64,000 nucleotides of DNA from an uncultured Cytophagales bacterium (GTDB lineage: Bacteria; Bacteroidota; Bacteroidia; Cytophagales; Bernardetiaceae): positions 925,579-989,578 of the forward strand of contig CAVRCG010000004.1 in NCBI GenBank assembly GCA_963719525.1. The letters are read 5' to 3'. The translations under genes and the position numbers were made by a program. The notes beneath the pieces were generated by a model. That model was not told the origin of the DNA and searched no databases. It saw only the letters and a list, made by a program, of their open reading frames with translations. Positions 41,283 through 50,822 of the stretch are shown here, piece by piece (the first letter of the stretch is position 1; every line of letters starts with the position of its first letter).

Positions 41283-41336
41283 TGTACTAGAGCCGTTCCA
41301 AGTGTCGTTTGTAATACAATTTTATACTAAAAAACT

Positions 41337-41690
41337 ATGAGAAGAGTTGATAAACAACTTCTAACATTTGTAAAGTTATTGAGTAAAGAAAACCAAGAAA
41401 AGGTTTTAAGGATAACTGAAGAATTGATAGAAGAACAACTAAAAGAACAAAGGAAATTCGTAGATTCTCTTACAGAACCTTTATTTGAAGAGCAACCTTC
41501 TTATAATGAGAATGATATTTGGGAAATAATTTATAAATTCCCTGCTGAAAAACTATGGACTTTTTACGATTTAGACCACCCACTTGTTTTCCCACCTGAT
41601 TTGATGGTAAAAGTAGAAATACTGGATTATAGAATCTATGTTAATGGCTGTCCTAATCCAAAACTATTTACTGTAAAAAAGAAATTGTAA
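41337..41690 (+). CDS. hypothetical protein
   Basis: 117 aa ORF adjacent to IS630 end; no motif. Confidence 0.3.
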   Translation: MRRVDKQLLTFVKLLSKENQEKVLRITEELIEEQLKEQRKFVDSLTEPLFEEQPSYNENDIWEIIYKFPAEKLWTFYDLDHPLVFPPDLMVKVEILDYRIYVNGCPNPKLFTVKKKL

Positions 41691-41791
41691 AATTGAAAGT
41701 TTAAAGTTTTAGAAGGTTTTGAATTAGATTTGGAAAATGTATTTTAAGTATCACAGACTTCCCAGTCTGTGCAAAGAATTTTTGAATAATT

Positions 41792-43129
41792 TTGATTGAA
41801 AAAATGAAAAATATAGAAAACATAAAAAAAGCCATTTCTTTACAAAAAGAATTAGACGAATTACGTCCTTTGAGTAAAGAACAGAATCAAAAAGTACTAC
41901 AAAAATTTAGATTAGATTGGAATTATCACTCCAATAATATTGAGGGAAATTCACTTACCTATGGAGAAACAAAACTTTTGCTTTTACATGGACTTACAGC
42001 ACAAGGAAAACTACTAAAAGATCATTTGGAGATAACAGGACACAATGAAGCAATGGATTGGATTTTTGATATTGTAAAAAAACAAGAACCAATCACAGAA
42101 CATTTTATTCGTTCTCTGAATGAAATGCTTTTGGGAAGTGAGCCGATTCATAAAAAAGCTATTGATAGAGAAGGAAATGAAACTACAAGAATTATTCAAG
42201 GTGGAAAATATAAAACGCAGCCTAATCACGTTCTGACCAAAACAGGAGAAACATTTTACTTTGCTTCGCCAGAAGAAACACCATCAAAAATGTATGATTT
42301 ATTGCAATGGTACGAAACTGAAAAACAAAACAAAGAACGAGAACCGATTATTTTAGCAGCACAATTTCACTACAAATTTATCCGAATACATCCTTTTGAT
42401 GATGGAAATGGAAGAACAGCACGGCTACTGATGAATCTTATTTTGATGCGTTTCGATTTTCCTCCTGCTATCATAAAGACAAACGACAAAGAAAATTATT
42501 ACAACGTTTTGCGACAAGCCGATGGAGATAATATTGTTCCTTTTATAGATTACATTGCTCAAAATATCATTCATTCGTTAGAAATTATGATTTCGGCAGC
42601 AAAAGGAGAAGATATAAGTGAACCGAATGATTTAGATAAAGGGATTGCACTTTTAGAACAACAGCTTAAAACGGCTACGAGTGAGTTATTAATAAAAGTA
42701 TCTTTAGATATACGACAAAGTATTTTTGATGAAGAATACAGAAGAATAAAACATTTCTTTTTTGGTGAAAATAAAAAATTTGCAAAACTTTATCACGAAT
42801 ACGACCAATACACAGAAGAATTAGATTATCATAACATACCAGAAATTAGTATTTTAGATGAAGGAGGAGATTTTTTAAGAATAGAATCTAGTTTTCATAA
42901 TTTAAAATATGACGGTTTTGAAAAATTTAAACATTCAAGTTGGATAGAAATTAGATTTAGTGAATTTAAGTATATTGTTTGTGATAGTAATGAAAAAATA
43001 ATTATTCAAAAAAAATACAACCAACAACTCACAGACCAAGAAATAAAATCTTTAGTAGAAGCAGAAACGACTTTGCATAAAGAATTGATAGCTCAAAAAA
43101 TAAAGGAATATCAGAATAAAGACAATTAA
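41792..43129 (+). CDS. Fic-domain protein (AMPylator family) with intrinsic inhibitory motif
   Basis: 445 aa; Fic motif HPFDDGNGRTARL; N-terminal SNNIEGN fits the (S/T)xxxE(G/N) auto-inhibitory helix of class II Fic proteins. Confidence 0.85.
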   Translation: MIEKMKNIENIKKAISLQKELDELRPLSKEQNQKVLQKFRLDWNYHSNNIEGNSLTYGETKLLLLHGLTAQGKLLKDHLEITGHNEAMDWIFDIVKKQEPITEHFIRSLNEMLLGSEPIHKKAIDREGNETTRIIQGGKYKTQPNHVLTKTGETFYFASPEETPSKMYDLLQWYETEKQNKEREPIILAAQFHYKFIRIHPFDDGNGRTARLLMNLILMRFDFPPAIIKTNDKENYYNVLRQADGDNIVPFIDYIAQNIIHSLEIMISAAKGEDISEPNDLDKGIALLEQQLKTATSELLIKVSLDIRQSIFDEEYRRIKHFFFGENKKFAKLYHEYDQYTEELDYHNIPEISILDEGGDFLRIESSFHNLKYDGFEKFKHSSWIEIRFSEFKYIVCDSNEKIIIQKKYNQQLTDQEIKSLVEAETTLHKELIAQKIKEYQNKDN

Positions 43130-43249
43130 TAAAAAATCAACATTTTAAATAAACTAAATTTTAATTTTTTCGTTACTTTTTGTAACTTGCAAAGTTTTGT
43201 TTTTGATTCTATTGCTATTAAACAGACCATTTTTTAAACTTTATTTTTT

Positions 43250-43669
43250 ATGAGTACTACCAATACAGAAAATTTTTTATTCGAAAATGAGTATGTTCTT
43301 TTCGATGTTACCAAATTTCCATTTATCTACATAGAACATACAGCGCATCAGCCTACACCAGAAGAATTTAATGACTACATAAATTGTATGAGTAGAGCCT
43401 TGTTGCGAAATGAACCCTATGTTTTGCTTGTCGATATGAGCAAAGTAGAATATCTGAATACTGAATACAGAACTATTAGTGAGAATTGGAATAAAACTAA
43501 TTCTGCTCATTTGGGTAAACATTGTAAAGGTGCTGCTAATTTGGTGCGTGATGAAGAACAAAAAGCAATATTGAATTATGTACTCAAATTAGCGTATGAC
43601 ATAACTTATCCAAATTTTGTTACTGTAAGTAAAGAAAAAGCAGAGCAATGGTTGGAAGGAAGAGTTTAG
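43250..43669 (+). CDS. small protein, tandem paralog 1 of 4 (unknown function)
   Basis: 139 aa; shared motifs FLFENEY-LFD-TKFP, CKGAAN, EQWLEGRV. Confidence 0.6.
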   Translation: MSTTNTENFLFENEYVLFDVTKFPFIYIEHTAHQPTPEEFNDYINCMSRALLRNEPYVLLVDMSKVEYLNTEYRTISENWNKTNSAHLGKHCKGAANLVRDEEQKAILNYVLKLAYDITYPNFVTVSKEKAEQWLEGRV

Positions 43670-43705
43670 ATTTTAAAACAGTGCTATAATTATGAATTTA
43701 ATTTT

Positions 43706-44122
43706 ATGGATAATTTTAATGTAAAAGAATTTCGTTTTGAGAATGAGTATTTTCTATTTGATGCAACTAAGTTTCCTTATTTGTACATAAGATTTAAAAT
43801 TGAAAAGCCGAACAGGAAACAGTTTGATGAGTATTTATATTGTCTGAATAACGTCATTCTACAACCTCAAAATTACGTTCTTTTTTCTGAACTCAAAGAA
43901 ACAGAATATATACAAGCCGAATTTAGAAAGGAGTTAGACAGTTGGCTTATCAAAAATATTGGACACATTAATCAATATTGTAAAGGTGCTGCAAATGTAG
44001 TAGCCGATGAAAATCAAAGACTACTTTTGACTCAAATGGTAAAAGCTCATCAACCAGTTTACCCTGTTTTTATTACCGATGACGAACAAAAAGCGAAAGA
44101 GTGGCTAGAAGGAAGAGTTTAG
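43706..44122 (+). CDS. small protein, tandem paralog 2 of 4
   Basis: 138 aa; FRFENEYFLFDATKFPYLYI…CKGAANVV…KEWLEGRV. Confidence 0.6.
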   Translation: MDNFNVKEFRFENEYFLFDATKFPYLYIRFKIEKPNRKQFDEYLYCLNNVILQPQNYVLFSELKETEYIQAEFRKELDSWLIKNIGHINQYCKGAANVVADENQRLLLTQMVKAHQPVYPVFITDDEQKAKEWLEGRV

Positions 44123-44158
44123 AAATTAATAAAACATTTTTTTAACTTTATTATCACT

Positions 44159-44575
44159 ATGAAAAATACTGAACCATCAAAATTTCTTTTTGAAAACGAT
44201 TATTGTCTTTTTGACTCTACTAATTTTCCTCATTTGTACATGAAGTTTAAAATTGAAAATCCTGATAAAAAGGAATTTTATGAATATTTAGACTGTATGA
44301 ATAAAATTTTGCTTCACGATAAAAAATATATTGTATTGGTGGAGCTAAACGGTTCGGAATATCTAAAAGCTGAATTTAGGAAAAGGTTAGCCGAATGGAA
44401 CGATGAGCATCATGAAATATTGAAAAAATATTGTAAAGGAGTAGCTTATATTAGCCATTCAGAAGAACAAAGGACGATGCTAAAAATTATTTTAGATGGT
44501 TATGTCTTGCCTCATCCTGTTGTGGTAACAGACACGCAAGAAAAAGCTGAAAACTGGCTGGCAAACAGAATTTAG
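44159..44575 (+). CDS. small protein, tandem paralog 3 of 4
   Basis: 138 aa; FLFENDYCLFDSTNFPHLYM…CKGVAYISHSEEQR…ENWLANRI. Confidence 0.6.
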   Translation: MKNTEPSKFLFENDYCLFDSTNFPHLYMKFKIENPDKKEFYEYLDCMNKILLHDKKYIVLVELNGSEYLKAEFRKRLAEWNDEHHEILKKYCKGVAYISHSEEQRTMLKIILDGYVLPHPVVVTDTQEKAENWLANRI

Positions 44576-44622
44576 ATTCAGAAAAATACTATTGATCATA
44601 TAAATCATTATCTTGTTTTGTT

Positions 44623-45039
44623 ATGAATAATTTTAATCCGAATGAATTTTACTTTGAAAATGAATATTTCTCTTTTGATGCAACAGCATTTCCATATATT
44701 TACATAAAATTCAAACCTCAAGTAGCTGAAAGAGAACAGTTTGATGGTTACATTCATTGTATGAATAAAATTCTTTTACAGGAAAAGTTTTATGTAATTT
44801 TGATAGAACTAGCAGATTCGGAATATTTAAAAGCAGAATTTAGAAAAGAACTAGCAGAATGGAACGTTAAATATATAGCACACATGGGCAAGTTTTGCAA
44901 AGGAGTAGCACATATTAGCCATTCGGAAGAGCAGCGTGTTATGATGAAAACAATTTTGAATAGTTATGTTTCGCCTTATCCTGTTGTGGTAACGGACACG
45001 CAAGAAAAAGCTGAAAATTGGCTGGCAGGACGAGTATAA
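44623..45039 (+). CDS. small protein, tandem paralog 4 of 4
   Basis: 138 aa; FYFENEYFSFDATAFPYIYI…CKGVAHISHSEEQR…ENWLAGRV. Confidence 0.6.
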   Translation: MNNFNPNEFYFENEYFSFDATAFPYIYIKFKPQVAEREQFDGYIHCMNKILLQEKFYVILIELADSEYLKAEFRKELAEWNVKYIAHMGKFCKGVAHISHSEEQRVMMKTILNSYVSPYPVVVTDTQEKAENWLAGRV

Positions 45040-45192
45040 TTATTACATAATTATTTTCTAGCCTAAAATTTTTATAACAAAAAAGGTTCTTTAAGATTGT
45101 GTATATTTGTATCTATCAAATTACTATGGCATTTTTTTATTCGTAGTAATTCTCAAAAAACATAACCTTCAAAAATACATAAATCTAAACGC

Positions 45193-46482
45193 ATGCAATT
45201 CACAACCCTCAACGTAAATAATCCAGAACTAAAATCGTTTGTCGAAGTAAAAAAAGATTCTGACTTTCCAATTCAAAACCTACCTTTTGGTATTTTTTCT
45301 ACTGCAAACCAAGATGCTCGTATAGGCATTCGAATTGGAGATTTTGTGTTAGATTTAGCAGAACTTTCAGATTTAGGATTACTAAACGATTTAGAATTTG
45401 ACCAAAGTGTTTTTTATGAAAACGTTCTTAATCCATTTATAGAATTAGGACGAAAAAATTGGAGAGCAACTCGTGGAAAAGTGTCAGAGTTATTACAGCA
45501 CGGTTCTAAATTAGAAGAATACGTTGAAAAGCATAAAGATTCAAACAAAGTTCTCTTCAAAATTGAAGACGTAACAATGCACATGCCTGTAAAAGTTGGG
45601 GATTATACCGATTTTTATTCTAGCATCGAACACGCTACCAATGTAGGAAAAATGTTTCGTCCTAATGGTGATGCACTTCTTCCAAATTGGAAACATATTC
45701 CTGTAGGTTATCACGGTCGTGCTTCTTCCATTGTCGTTTCTGGTACAGAATTACACAGACCAAAAGGGCAGATTATGCCGAAAGATGCAACAGAGCCTAT
45801 TTTTTCGCCTTGTAGATTATTAGATTTTGAGTTAGAAATGGCTTTTATTGTTGGAAAATCCACAAAATTAGGAGATTCTGTAACGATTGATACGGCAGAA
45901 GCACATATTTTTGGAATGGTCGTTTTTAATGATTGGTCGGCTAGAGATATTCAAAAGTGGGAATATGTTCCCTTAGGGCCTTTTTTAGGCAAAAGTTTTG
46001 GTTCTTCTATCTCGCCGTGGGTCGTTACCCTTGATGCTTTAGAACCGTTTAGAGTAGCAAGTCCGAAACAAGAGCCAGAAGTTTTGGATTATCTAAAATA
46101 TACTAGCGACCACAATTTTAATATTAATTTAGAAGTAGATTTGATTCCACAAGGAAGCGAAGCGACTACAATTTGCCGTTCTAATTTCAAACATTTGTAT
46201 TGGAATATGGCGCAGCAACTTACCCATCACACCGTAAATGGATGTAATATTAATGTAGGCGATATGTGTGCTTCGGGTACAATTAGTGGAAAAGATGAAA
46301 ATTCGTATGGTTCAATGTTGGAGCTTTCGTGGAGTGGTCAGAAGACAATTGCTTTAAATGGAGGCGAAGAGCGCAAGTTTATTCAAGATAACGATACGAT
46401 TGTAATGCGTGGATTCTGTAAAAATGATTCTGTCAGAATTGGTTTTGGAGAAGTGAGTGGAAAGATTTTGCCTGCAAAGTAG
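45193..46482 (+). CDS. fahA: fumarylacetoacetase (FAH)
   Basis: 429 aa; N-terminal FAH domain (…NLPFGIFST…) and C-terminal hydrolase core (…DFELEMAFIVGK…). Confidence 0.85.
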   Translation: MQFTTLNVNNPELKSFVEVKKDSDFPIQNLPFGIFSTANQDARIGIRIGDFVLDLAELSDLGLLNDLEFDQSVFYENVLNPFIELGRKNWRATRGKVSELLQHGSKLEEYVEKHKDSNKVLFKIEDVTMHMPVKVGDYTDFYSSIEHATNVGKMFRPNGDALLPNWKHIPVGYHGRASSIVVSGTELHRPKGQIMPKDATEPIFSPCRLLDFELEMAFIVGKSTKLGDSVTIDTAEAHIFGMVVFNDWSARDIQKWEYVPLGPFLGKSFGSSISPWVVTLDALEPFRVASPKQEPEVLDYLKYTSDHNFNINLEVDLIPQGSEATTICRSNFKHLYWNMAQQLTHHTVNGCNINVGDMCASGTISGKDENSYGSMLELSWSGQKTIALNGGEERKFIQDNDTIVMRGFCKNDSVRIGFGEVSGKILPAK

Positions 46483-46512
46483 ATTTGCATTAGCTAATAA
46501 AAGTAATAACGA

Positions 46513-46543
46513 AACCATTCTTCATTGAAGAGTGGTTTTTTTG
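46513..46543 (+). terminator. rho-independent terminator after fahA
   Basis: aaccattcttca-t-tgaagagtggtt stem (1 mismatch) + T6. Confidence 0.5.
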
Positions 46544-46668
46544 TTGATTTAGAGTTGACTAAACTGTTTTCTTAGTTTTTCTCAAAAAAAATTCAATACT
46601 TTTTTGTAATTTTAGGTAGAATTTCATTTTTTATACTCATTAATTACTACTTCTGATTTCATTTTAAA

Positions 46669-48078
46669 TTGACCAATAAAATCCTGTCTAAAAATAATTT
46701 ACTTTCAGAATTTAATGCTCGCAAACTATCTTATGTTTCGAATCGCATTCAGATTTTTTATGTAGATGAAAAAGGATTTATTACAAATACGTGTCAAGGA
46801 ATTTGGCAAATAAATCAGAAGGAAGAAACTAATTTTTTTGAAGTTTTTCAAAATTTCGAATTGCATAAAGAAGCTATTGATTTTCTATTTTCTACCAAAG
46901 AAAAAGACGGAAAGAGTTTATCTATAACTAATTTAGAAATTGTTTTTGAAGAGGAAGTTTTTTTTGTAGATGTTATTTTCAAAACAATCAAAAACGAAAG
47001 TACTGATTTGTTTTTGGAATGTCTGGTAGAAGATAAAACAGATTATTATATTTCTTTGAACGAGCTAAAAGAAAATAATAAATTACAGGAAGTAGAATTT
47101 TTGAATGAAAAATGGCAGCTTACAAAAGACACAGAACTTTTGCAGGTCAGTCATCAAAAAGAATTGGCTACACTTGACGAACAGTTGCGATTAGACTGGA
47201 CAAATTTACTTGCTAGTAATTTGAAGAAAATAGCTACACAAAATTTTATTCAATCTGACCTTCAAAATGAGTTTAAAAGTAATTTTGAAAACCTAATTAT
47301 TTTATCCAATTCTTTCGAAAAAATAAGTGGAATTCGTCTTTTTCCTCAAACAACAGAAGCCTTTTTACCCAAAAGCAAAACAATTTCTTATTTGGGAGAT
47401 AATTTGGCTCATCAAAAATTAATTCAGAATATAGTAGAACTAGCTGGAGGAAAATTTTTAGAAATTGAGATACAAAAAGATTCAGAATTTGATTTAGAAT
47501 TTGATTTTTCTGGAATAGATTTTATTTTTGTAGAACAGAATACTACAATGAATGCTCAAAACAATCCTATTGCATCTTGTTTGCTTGTCGAAACTAATTT
47601 TTTAGAGAAAGAACAACATTTAATAAACAACAAAACAAATTTGTTGATTTATCCTTTATATCCTTTTCAGATTTGGCAACAACTACTATCCTTTACCAAC
47701 ACTAATACTATGAGTTACCACGAAAAAATTGACCTTTCTCAAATCTACGAAATTGTAGATAACGAACCGATGCTTGTGCAGAGTATGTTACAGATTTTGG
47801 ATAAAAACTTGAGAGAATATCCAGCGCAGTTACAGCAAGAATTTAACGACGGAGAATTAGACACGCTTCGCCAAACTGTTCATAAATTCAAGTCGTGTAC
47901 AGCTTATACAGGTCTGACAGAATTTAATACTACTCTTTCAGAAATTGAAGCCAGTCAAGAAAATGGTTGGACGATTGCACAAATCAAAGATAAATTAGAA
48001 TTTGTCTTGCAAGCCATTCCTGTAATTAAAGTGCAGGTAGAAGAGAAGTTACAGGAGTTGGAGAAAGAAATTTCTTAG
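46669..48078 (+). CDS. hypothetical protein with C-terminal Hpt (histidine phosphotransfer) domain
   Basis: 469 aa; C-terminal …LRQTVHKFKSCTAYTGLTEF… fits Hpt HxLKGxxxxxG motif; N-terminal 350 aa without motif. Confidence 0.45.
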   Translation: MTNKILSKNNLLSEFNARKLSYVSNRIQIFYVDEKGFITNTCQGIWQINQKEETNFFEVFQNFELHKEAIDFLFSTKEKDGKSLSITNLEIVFEEEVFFVDVIFKTIKNESTDLFLECLVEDKTDYYISLNELKENNKLQEVEFLNEKWQLTKDTELLQVSHQKELATLDEQLRLDWTNLLASNLKKIATQNFIQSDLQNEFKSNFENLIILSNSFEKISGIRLFPQTTEAFLPKSKTISYLGDNLAHQKLIQNIVELAGGKFLEIEIQKDSEFDLEFDFSGIDFIFVEQNTTMNAQNNPIASCLLVETNFLEKEQHLINNKTNLLIYPLYPFQIWQQLLSFTNTNTMSYHEKIDLSQIYEIVDNEPMLVQSMLQILDKNLREYPAQLQQEFNDGELDTLRQTVHKFKSCTAYTGLTEFNTTLSEIEASQENGWTIAQIKDKLEFVLQAIPVIKVQVEEKLQELEKEIS

Positions 48079-48105
48079 GTTTTTAATTGTCAGACACTTT
48101 CAGAA

Positions 48106-48516
48106 GTGTCAGATAATTTACACCAAATAATTATGATAATAATAAGAAGTATTTTTTTATTTGTATTAATGCTTTTATTGTCATTCCTGTTATTTTCCTG
48201 TAGTTGGATGATAACAGATGATGATAAAACAAAATGTATTTACTCTTCTGCGTTTGAGGGAGGTATGGGTGGTATGGACTTATTTGAAGTAAAAGAAGAC
48301 AATACATTTAGATATTATTCTGTGGCTTTTTTAGGAGAGCCTAAAAATATAGAAGGAAGGTGGTATTATAAAAATGATACAATTGTTTTACACAAATATA
48401 AAGATAGTACAACCACTTATGGGGATATTTTTACAAGATATGAAACTGTTCCTTATTTTAGATTGAATGGAAAAGATACTGTTTCCTTGAAAGATTTAAC
48501 TTATCCAAATGTTTGA
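48106..48516 (+). CDS. hypothetical membrane-anchored protein
   Basis: 136 aa, N-terminal TM helix. Confidence 0.3.
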   Translation: MSDNLHQIIMIIIRSIFLFVLMLLLSFLLFSCSWMITDDDKTKCIYSSAFEGGMGGMDLFEVKEDNTFRYYSVAFLGEPKNIEGRWYYKNDTIVLHKYKDSTTTYGDIFTRYETVPYFRLNGKDTVSLKDLTYPNV

Positions 48517-48963
48517 AACCATTTGAGTTATCACAATCCTCCAAAAGATATTTTTTTTAAAGTGAATAGAACAAAAGCAAATAGAGAAATAAAACAGAAA
48601 TAATTAATCTTTAAAATCTGAAAGAGGTTCATCAAAAGTATTTACAATCAAAGTAGAGAGATATTTTTCGTTATTGGAAAAAGCCATAATTTTATTCTAA
48701 TTGATACAACATTAAATTCTTTAGTAAATATACACTTATTCTATCTCTTCGTAATCAAAAGGAGAATTGATTTTTATTTGTTTTTTCTTGTTCTTTGTTT
48801 TATTATCGAATTAGAGTATAGTTGAAAAGACAAATTTCGTAATAAAATAGCTAACTTTGAGTAAAAAGAAACAAGAATATGCTTTTTGAAGAATATAAAT
48901 ATTTTGATTATCAATTTCCAGAACCTCAATATTTGGGTGCAAAACATATGCTTTTACCGTTCT

Positions 48964-50550
48964 TTACACCCAAACAGCAAAAATCTCTTTACCGTTATGT
49001 TGTATTTTCTCTTCTTTCCAATTGGGTTTTTCTCTGTCATCAAAAATAAGCAAAAAACCATTTTCTACGCCGTGAATTTCTAAGTAATTTGAAAGTTGAT
49101 TCAATCCTTTTTCGTGTAATTTTTCTCCTCTCCAAATTTTGAGTTCGATAATATATTTCCATTGCAAGTACGTAACAACAATATCCAAACGCTTTTCCTC
49201 CGACGTTTCAACTTCTTTAAAATCGTGTCCTTGTCCGTTCAGAATGGGTTTTAGAAAAGCTAAGAAAATCAAACGCCATTCTCGTTCTATTATGTTTCTA
49301 TTTTTTTTGCTGTACTGCTCTTTCATAAAAGCCTGAAACTTTCGCAGTATAGTTTCCAAATCCAGACTGCCATCATCTTCTGTAAACTGACTACCCAAAA
49401 AACGTCCTGCACCTAATTGTCCTGCTTCAATAAGACGTGCTGTCATGTATCTATAAATGCGCTGTTCGTAAATGCGATTATGAATTTTTATTATTCCGTT
49501 CTCCTTAAAAATACCATACATAAATCCAATACGTGTGAGAGAAGTATCAGGATTGAAGGGTATGCGTTCTCCTTCTACCAAAACTCTGTAAGTCAAATCG
49601 TACAAACCTTTATTATTCTCTAAATTTTTTATCAAACTATCAAAATTCGTGTTATTTTCTTTTAGTAAAAATTGTACGCTTACTTCCAAATCATCTAATG
49701 TCCATCTATTTTTATCTTCTTTGTTTATTTCGCCTTTATTAGGTAAAATATCTTCTGCAATAGTTTTGCATAATTTGGAAACCAAAAACGGATAACCTGA
49801 CGTATAATAATAGAGTTTTTCTGAAAACTGCTCAAAATCAATTTGCACATTTTCGGCTTCACTATACTGTTTGAGCATAAAGGCAATTTCATTTGGATAA
49901 AATTCCATTACAACCTTAAAATCAGCAGCAATATTCCACGGACTGTTATATTGAGTGTCCTCAGGATTACGTAACTTGAATTTTAAAGATTTGATGTCGT
50001 GTACTCCTGCCAAAACAATGCTATGAAAAGTGTAATGTTGAGGCAAATCTCTGCTCAAATATTTGGTACGCAACATACCCAACAAAACCAAAAAAGGCTC
50101 GTAATTACTACTTGCATCGACTTCATCTATGAGCAAAACTATTTTTTTTGAAGTCAGATGAACAATATCGGTTATAATGCTTGAAAGTTCTTCAATAGTT
50201 TGGGGTAGAACCAACTCCGTTAATTTGTCTTTTCCTTCAAATTCTTTAGAATAATTTAAAGAACGAAGTAGCTGTGTATAAAAAAACTGTCCGAAGGCAA
50301 TATCACTTTTGTAAGCCGAAGAACTTACTCCTTGAAAATTCATCAGAATAGGTAAGTAATCTTTTCTTTCATTCAATAGTCTATGTAAAGCAAAAAGCAT
50401 CGTCGTTTTTCCATACTGACGAGGACGATTAATAACAAAATAATCTCCATACTTTACCATCTTCATAATTCCTGCAAAACGACGACTATCGTCCATCATA
50501 TAATGCTCCGATGGGCGACATGTACCTGTTATATTAAATCCTTTTTTCAT
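48964..50550 (-). CDS. AAA-ATPase-like domain + PD-(D/E)XK nuclease (PDDEXK_9) family protein, copy 1
   Basis: 528 aa; Walker A RPRQYGKTT, Walker B LLIDEVD; C-terminal D…ELK nuclease core (RLDIVVTYLQWKYIIELKIW). Confidence 0.8.
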   Translation of the reverse strand: MKKGFNITGTCRPSEHYMMDDSRRFAGIMKMVKYGDYFVINRPRQYGKTTMLFALHRLLNERKDYLPILMNFQGVSSSAYKSDIAFGQFFYTQLLRSLNYSKEFEGKDKLTELVLPQTIEELSSIITDIVHLTSKKIVLLIDEVDASSNYEPFLVLLGMLRTKYLSRDLPQHYTFHSIVLAGVHDIKSLKFKLRNPEDTQYNSPWNIAADFKVVMEFYPNEIAFMLKQYSEAENVQIDFEQFSEKLYYYTSGYPFLVSKLCKTIAEDILPNKGEINKEDKNRWTLDDLEVSVQFLLKENNTNFDSLIKNLENNKGLYDLTYRVLVEGERIPFNPDTSLTRIGFMYGIFKENGIIKIHNRIYEQRIYRYMTARLIEAGQLGAGRFLGSQFTEDDGSLDLETILRKFQAFMKEQYSKKNRNIIEREWRLIFLAFLKPILNGQGHDFKEVETSEEKRLDIVVTYLQWKYIIELKIWRGEKLHEKGLNQLSNYLEIHGVENGFLLIFDDREKPNWKEEKIQHNGKEIFAVWV

Positions 50551-50587
50551 ATTTTTTGTTGTTTTACCTTACAAAGATAACAAAAAA

Positions 50588-50735
50588 GCAGGGGCGTAGA
50601 ACAAAAAAGCGTATGGCAATTTGTAGTAATGTAGGGACAATGCACGCATTGTCCTATAAAGCAGGAGGGAGTAGAACAAAAAAAACGTATGGCAAGCTAT
50701 AATTATGTAGGGACAATGCACGCATTGTGTTTGCT
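50588..50735. repeat. two tandem ~75-bp direct repeats, each with a gggacaatgcacgcattgtcc hairpin, upstream of copy 1
   Basis: unit 1 50588-50660, unit 2 50661-50735, ~85% identical; a degenerate partial unit follows copy 2 at 52458-52490. Confidence 0.7.
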
Positions 50736-50822
50736 AGAATAGATACGATAGAATAAAATTTTGTTGTATCAAAGATTTAGGAAATTCGTAAAAAACACTC
50801 CAAAAAAACAAAATATCTTTCT

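Larger units (their letters stand above)
39926..41296 (+). mobile_element. IS630-family insertion sequence (boundaries approximate)
   Basis: two transposase ORFs; imperfect terminal inverted repeats aactagtacaataag (39928) / cttgatgtactagag (41283). Confidence 0.5.

Noticed and set aside
50588-50735. Possible CRISPR-like repeats
   Set aside because: Only two ~75-bp direct units (plus one degenerate copy 1.9 kb away), no unique spacers of regular size, and they lie in the upstream regions of paralogous genes. A tandem promoter-region repeat, not a CRISPR array.
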